Assembly (NCBI GenBank): GCA_046757665.1
Contig: JBHHYO010000014.1
Coordinates: forward strand, 1 to 43,783
Length of the DNA: 43,783 nucleotides
Reading direction: 5' to 3'
From: Nitrospinales bacterium
GTDB taxonomy: Bacteria > Nitrospinota > Nitrospinia > Nitrospinales > JAJDAT01
The translations under genes and the position numbers were made by a program. The notes beneath the pieces are model-generated. The model was given only the letters and a program-made list of their open reading frames with translations. It was not told the origin of the DNA and ran no database searches. Positions 40,374-43,783 of this stretch are shown piece after piece (the first letter of the stretch is position 1; each line of letters opens with the position of its first letter).

Positions 40374-43300
40374 TTACTTGTTCATGGACAACTTGTCATC
40401 GCCTGCCCTGGATGCCGTCGTGCTGACACCTCGGACAGTTGCGCCACCCAACGGCAGGATCGAAGGATCCCCCTGAGGCAGAACCTTGAAATAACCCCAT
40501 TGACCCGCCTGCTGATACGGCGTACGCGCATTCAGCCAGAGGTAGGTTCCGGGAATATGGTAGGTTCCACCGGCTCCATTGAGCAGGTAAGCCTGGATGT
40601 ACTCTCCAGCCCCAAACTCTTCCACGTCGATCATGTCAGAGCCAACCTGGCGGATGTGGCGGCGCCACTGATGGCCATCCAGGTTGAACATCTGGTTCTG
40701 CTCGTTGTGGGCACCAAAGACGTTGATCATAACCTTGTCTCCGGCATGAGCCTTCAAGACGGGAGTGGCCGGGTCATTGTCCGCGGCTACGCAAGCCGTG
40801 AAGATGTTCCCCAGTTCGCACCCTTCATCCTCGCGGTAGGTCCAGGGCTCCAACCTGTAGTTCACGCCCGTCAGCCCTGCGACGTTCTGCAGGTAAGGCA
40901 TAAACGAGGTGCCGAGGATGTTGTCCTCGTCCTGGAAGTACAGCGCAAAGTCGCGATAATTGTCGAAGTCCCTGTTTTCTGCATAGGACTTATCGACAAT
41001 GACGTCCGCTTTCCAGGAGTTTCCGAGAGAAATATCTTTCCCGGTCTCAGGATCGCGATACACGGAACCTCTTGGGCCAATGATGATGGCGCCAAACAGG
41101 CCGTTGCGAACGTTGGTTACAAGGTTTCCGAAATCCCAGATCAAGGCGCCGTTCAGGTCATAGTCGGGAGCCGCGTAATACTCGTAGTTCGTCGACTGAC
41201 CCGGAGCAACCGTCTGGTCTCCGGAGTTGTTGCCAACGTTGATCCCTTGAGAAGTCAGGGGGTTGAACGCAATGTTGTCGATATGCATCGACACGTTCCC
41301 CTTCTTCAGGCGGTTCGTCAGCTTGATCTTGATGCAATCGCCAACGTTCGCTCTCAGGGTCAACGGATGAGGCATTTGACCACTATCGGCCACCTTGCTC
41401 AACTCACTCTCCAGCGCGAAAATTTTCCCTTCGGCGTTTGCCACCTGGAGTTTTCGCTCAAAGTCCACTTCAATTTCATCGTCAGTCTTCGGATTAAATT
41501 TCAGGGCCTTGTCGATAGCGACAACGCTGAAATTCTTCACCGGAGCATCCGACGGACAAAGCTGAGTCGCGGACTTCGGAGGAGTCAAGTTGTTGGGCAG
41601 AGGTTGCAGGTCGGGGCGCAACTCGTCGAAAACGCGCATGATACCCCAGCTACCTTCGCCCAGATGCGAGGATCGGCCATCATAGAAGATATAGTCACCC
41701 GCCATCTGCTGATAACCGCCGGCCGTGGTGGCCATATCGTAGCGCTCCGCAATACCGATGTGGATGGTATTGGTCACGCGGGAATCTTTGTCATACCTGT
41801 CAGGCCGGTAACCATGTCCGGACAAGTTGAAGGTATGCGTCTCATTCATCATGCCGTGCAGGAGCCGGAACATAACGCTGTCGCCCAGGTAGGCGCGCAA
41901 CATGTAGGTGCTCGGATCTCCGTGCGGCTTGCTACTGAACAACATATGAGCCGGGCCATTCCTCAGCCTGGCGGCCAGCGAGGACGATTTGAAGTTAAAA
42001 CCGCCACCCGTGGTATGCGTTCCGCCGTTCAGGTAGGGAAAGGCTACTTCCAGCAAGTCGTTCGGCATTTGGAAAGAAATCGACTGCCCGGCGGCGAGAG
42101 CGTTCTCTCGGCTCAACCCGGGAGGATTCCCGTAGTTAACCAACTGCGCGTTGTGCGGAACCGTGTCATGCAACTGAACGACGATTTCCCGGAAGCTTCC
42201 GCTCCGGTCATACGCCACCGGCTCCGTTCCGCGAATATCGACCACGGGGCCCTGGCGAACCAGTTCGCCCGTCGTCGGGTTGTGATAAGTCGATCCCCAC
42301 GGCTCGACAATGGTGGATCCTATGCCGCCATGCGGCCAGGTTGTCGCACCAAAGGCGTGGTCGTGCCAGAACACGAGCCCGAGGTCAACGTCAATCCAGT
42401 AGCGATAGCGAACATACTCCGTGGTGACGGTTTCGCCGGCCGTATGAGCCTTTTTCAGCGGCTCGGTAAAGGTCAGCGTGTATTTTCCGTCGCCCAGTCC
42501 GGCGCCGGTTTTCGGGTCCGTTTTGGGATCGGGGCTGATAGCCGCAATCCAGCGGGACTCTTTACCGGCGGTCGCGGTCGCCACTTTCTCGAGACCGATC
42601 ATGATGTCCGCGCCCTTATGGAAAGGCGTAGCTTCATGCGCCATCTCGATTTGCACGGACAGGTCACCAGGAGCGGCGTCAGTCAAGAGATGGGCATTCA
42701 TGGGAACAGGCATGTTCACATGATGTCCGTCCTTCTCCTTCTTGGTGAACTGGGTGTACGGACGCATCGACTGGTCATAAGACATGCCGGAGATTACGCC
42801 ATCCGACGTGGTAACGTCAAACTGCCACATGTGCGGATGAATGTTGACCTTCGACATCTGGAAGTTGGTGAAATCATCGTCGGTCCACTCACTGTAGAGC
42901 AGAACGTCGACGCAGTCATAAACGTTGGCACGGTATACAAGAGGATTACCGAGGGCAGGGTTCTTCTTCACCGCTTCCACATCCTCTTCCAGGACGTAAA
43001 TCAGCCCGTATTTGTCGATTACGGGAGGCGTATCGCCAATGGCCGCCGACAATTGGATGGGCGTGTTGATAAAATCGATACTATACTGTTTCCGACCCGC
43101 GCCCTCGGGGCACAAGCTCCAACGGCCATGCTCGCCCGGGCGGGCGGGCATGGAGTTTTCCACGTTGGGACCCATGCCGGCGCCTCCCGGCTCGGTGACC
43201 GGAGTGTTATGCTGATCTTGCAGGTGGAAAGGTTCCAGTATCGGAGCCGGGCCATGATGACGCGCAAACGGAACTCGCTTGCCGAAATGCGGCGACATAT

Positions 43301-43783
43301 GCGGCCACGCCAGCTTGCCTCGCGGACCAAACTGAATCGGATACCGCTTGCCGGGGATGGGAGACTTGAACTTGGGAAACGCGAACGTGGATTCACGCTC
43401 GGACATGGCGGTTTCGCCTTCCCAGGCCCAGTCCCATACCGAACCGTCGTAGGACAGGATCTGGCCTTTTTCGTCATCCGTATGGCCGGGTTGGCCCTGC
43501 GGCGGCAACCAGTATTTCACCCAATCCTTGATGTTGACAACCGGAACCGGCTTGGTCCAGTCGCTGGCCTGGGTACCGCCAACAATCTTGAACTTTTTGC
43601 CGAACCAGTCCAGCGTTTGGCCGACCAGCTTGTCGGAAGTCTGTCCATGCGGAATTCTTCCCTTACGGTCAGGCAGTTCCGCCAGCGGCTTCATGATGTC
43701 GGTGCTGTCATAGGGATAGTTCCCGGTTTGCAGGGTGTTGTAAACCCTCCAGTAACCCCACATTCCGGCCACGTAATGATGCG
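40374..43783 (-). CDS. Large multi-domain multicopper oxidase, MnxG-like motif order (5'-truncated by the window)
   Basis: Frame open to the window edge, reading ..HHYVAGMWG; also IHPH, WHDH, HTFNLSGH and PLTLRANVGDC cupredoxin-domain starts; more than 1130 aa visible. Confidence 0.85.
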   Translation of the reverse strand, partial: HHYVAGMWGYWRVYNTLQTGNYPYDSTDIMKPLAELPDRKGRIPHGQTSDKLVGQTLDWFGKKFKIVGGTQASDWTKPVPVVNIKDWVKYWLPPQGQPGHTDDEKGQILSYDGSVWDWAWEGETAMSERESTFAFPKFKSPIPGKRYPIQFGPRGKLAWPHMSPHFGKRVPFARHHGPAPILEPFHLQDQHNTPVTEPGGAGMGPNVENSMPARPGEHGRWSLCPEGAGRKQYSIDFINTPIQLSAAIGDTPPVIDKYGLIYVLEEDVEAVKKNPALGNPLVYRANVYDCVDVLLYSEWTDDDFTNFQMSKVNIHPHMWQFDVTTSDGVISGMSYDQSMRPYTQFTKKEKDGHHVNMPVPMNAHLLTDAAPGDLSVQIEMAHEATPFHKGADIMIGLEKVATATAGKESRWIAAISPDPKTDPKTGAGLGDGKYTLTFTEPLKKAHTAGETVTTEYVRYRYWIDVDLGLVFWHDHAFGATTWPHGGIGSTIVEPWGSTYHNPTTGELVRQGPVVDIRGTEPVAYDRSGSFREIVVQLHDTVPHNAQLVNYGNPPGLSRENALAAGQSISFQMPNDLLEVAFPYLNGGTHTTGGGFNFKSSSLAARLRNGPAHMLFSSKPHGDPSTYMLRAYLGDSVMFRLLHGMMNETHTFNLSGHGYRPDRYDKDSRVTNTIHIGIAERYDMATTAGGYQQMAGDYIFYDGRSSHLGEGSWGIMRVFDELRPDLQPLPNNLTPPKSATQLCPSDAPVKNFSVVAIDKALKFNPKTDDEIEVDFERKLQVANAEGKIFALESELSKVADSGQMPHPLTLRANVGDCIKIKLTNRLKKGNVSMHIDNIAFNPLTSQGINVGNNSGDQTVAPGQSTNYEYYAAPDYDLNGALIWDFGNLVTNVRNGLFGAIIIGPRGSVYRDPETGKDISLGNSWKADVIVDKSYAENRDFDNYRDFALYFQDEDNILGTSFMPYLQNVAGLTGVNYRLEPWTYREDEGCELGNIFTACVAADNDPATPVLKAHAGDKVMINVFGAHNEQNQMFNLDGHQWRRHIRQVGSDMIDVEEFGAGEYIQAYLLNGAGGTYHIPGTYLWLNARTPYQQAGQWGYFKVLPQGDPSILPLGGATVRGVSTTASRAGDDKLSMNK

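Overview
A 43.8 kb bacterial chromosomal window, GC-rich with AT-richer patches. The gene content suggests a Nitrospinota/Nitrospina-like nitrite oxidiser; this is an inference and was not verified. Housekeeping blocks are: Bacillus-type sdhCAB; pgi-transaldolase-glk; hemB-XRE-hypothetical-PBP1A-SPOR; tRNA-Arg(TCT); a complete trpEGDCFBA operon; and a MoxR/DUF58/VWA (Bat-like) operon. Less ordinary elements are: (1) a 283-bp MITE with terminal inverted repeats and a perfect 9-bp target duplication, lying between a predicted promoter and one of two duplicated secreted-protein genes; (2) two tandem GT-C-like membrane proteins fused to TPRs; (3) an operon of one LRR solenoid plus two stand-alone 7-bladed beta-propellers, none with a signal peptide; (4) a terminator-like hairpin directly in front of trpE; (5) a 5'-truncated MnxG-type large multicopper oxidase followed by a secreted protein with a putative type-1 copper site. 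No CRISPR array, rRNA or autonomous transposase was seen. Start codons were refined by eye from the ORF track, and no database searches were run.
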